Below are positions 63,660 to 64,000 of a stretch of 64,000 bases of DNA, one piece after another. The stretch's first letter is position 1; every line of letters begins with the position of its first letter. Location: assembly GCA_052327205.1 (NCBI GenBank), contig CM126213.1:86304001-86368000 (forward strand). Reading direction: 5' to 3'. This DNA is from Somniosus microcephalus (taxonomy: Eukaryota). The notes below the pieces were generated by a model. That model worked only from the letters and a program-made list of their open reading frames with translations. It did not search any database and was not told the origin of the DNA. Position numbers and translations under genes: made by a program.

Positions 63660-64000
63660 TGTAGTGTATGTACCTTTAAGAGAGAACTACTTTTACAGCT
63701 CCTGTATACTGTAGTACCGGCAGTGACCACACCTGTATATAAGCCTTGAGCATGCCTCTGTACTGTCAGTCTTTAGACTACCCTCCTCCAATAAACACCT
63801 GTTGATTGTTAAGTTACAGCCTCCGTGTAGTTATTGGAAAACATCATACTTTAAGAATCACGGATTCAACAGTGGCGACGAGGTCGATTCGAATCTACCT
63901 GCAACTTTGCATTTCCCTTCAAGGATTCGATCTGGGAGGGTGGTGGAAGAAAGTCGAGGCCAGAAGCACGGGCGTCGACCACGAGCAACCGCCCAGTCAT
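63660..64000 (+). mobile_element. Gypsy-like LTR retrotransposon: 5' LTR (63660-63871), PBS and start of the internal region
   Basis: LTR TGTAG...CAACA of 212 bp with TATATAAG (~63736) and AATAAA (~63790); PBS TGGCGACGAGG at 63873-63883; CpG-rich leader follows. Confidence 0.88.

Overview
Vertebrate genomic DNA, almost certainly an elasmobranch (shark or ray), judged by an HE1-type V-SINE, SacSINE1/Deu-domain SINEs and shark-type CR1 LINEs. The only confidently identifiable host gene is the intronless IRF2BPL (25684-27669, +), with a CpG-island promoter and an AT-rich 3' UTR, inside a ~17 kb stretch where I see no transposons. The window starts in a young, GC-rich PIF/Harbinger transposon: the last exon of its accessory gene is on +, and the transposase on - is broken by one 1-bp deletion. 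It ends in the 5' LTR and primer-binding site of a Gypsy-like retrotransposon. Between them are Harbinger MITEs, a hAT MITE, CR1/L2/L1-like LINE fragments and several SINE families, including two LF-SINE-like copies. The most unexplained signals are a possible antisense terminal exon or 59-aa small ORF downstream of IRF2BPL, a locally templated inverted insertion, a three-level SINE/LINE/hAT nest and a second upstream promoter-like cluster. I found no convincing wholly new system. All family calls are by-eye recognition, with no database search.
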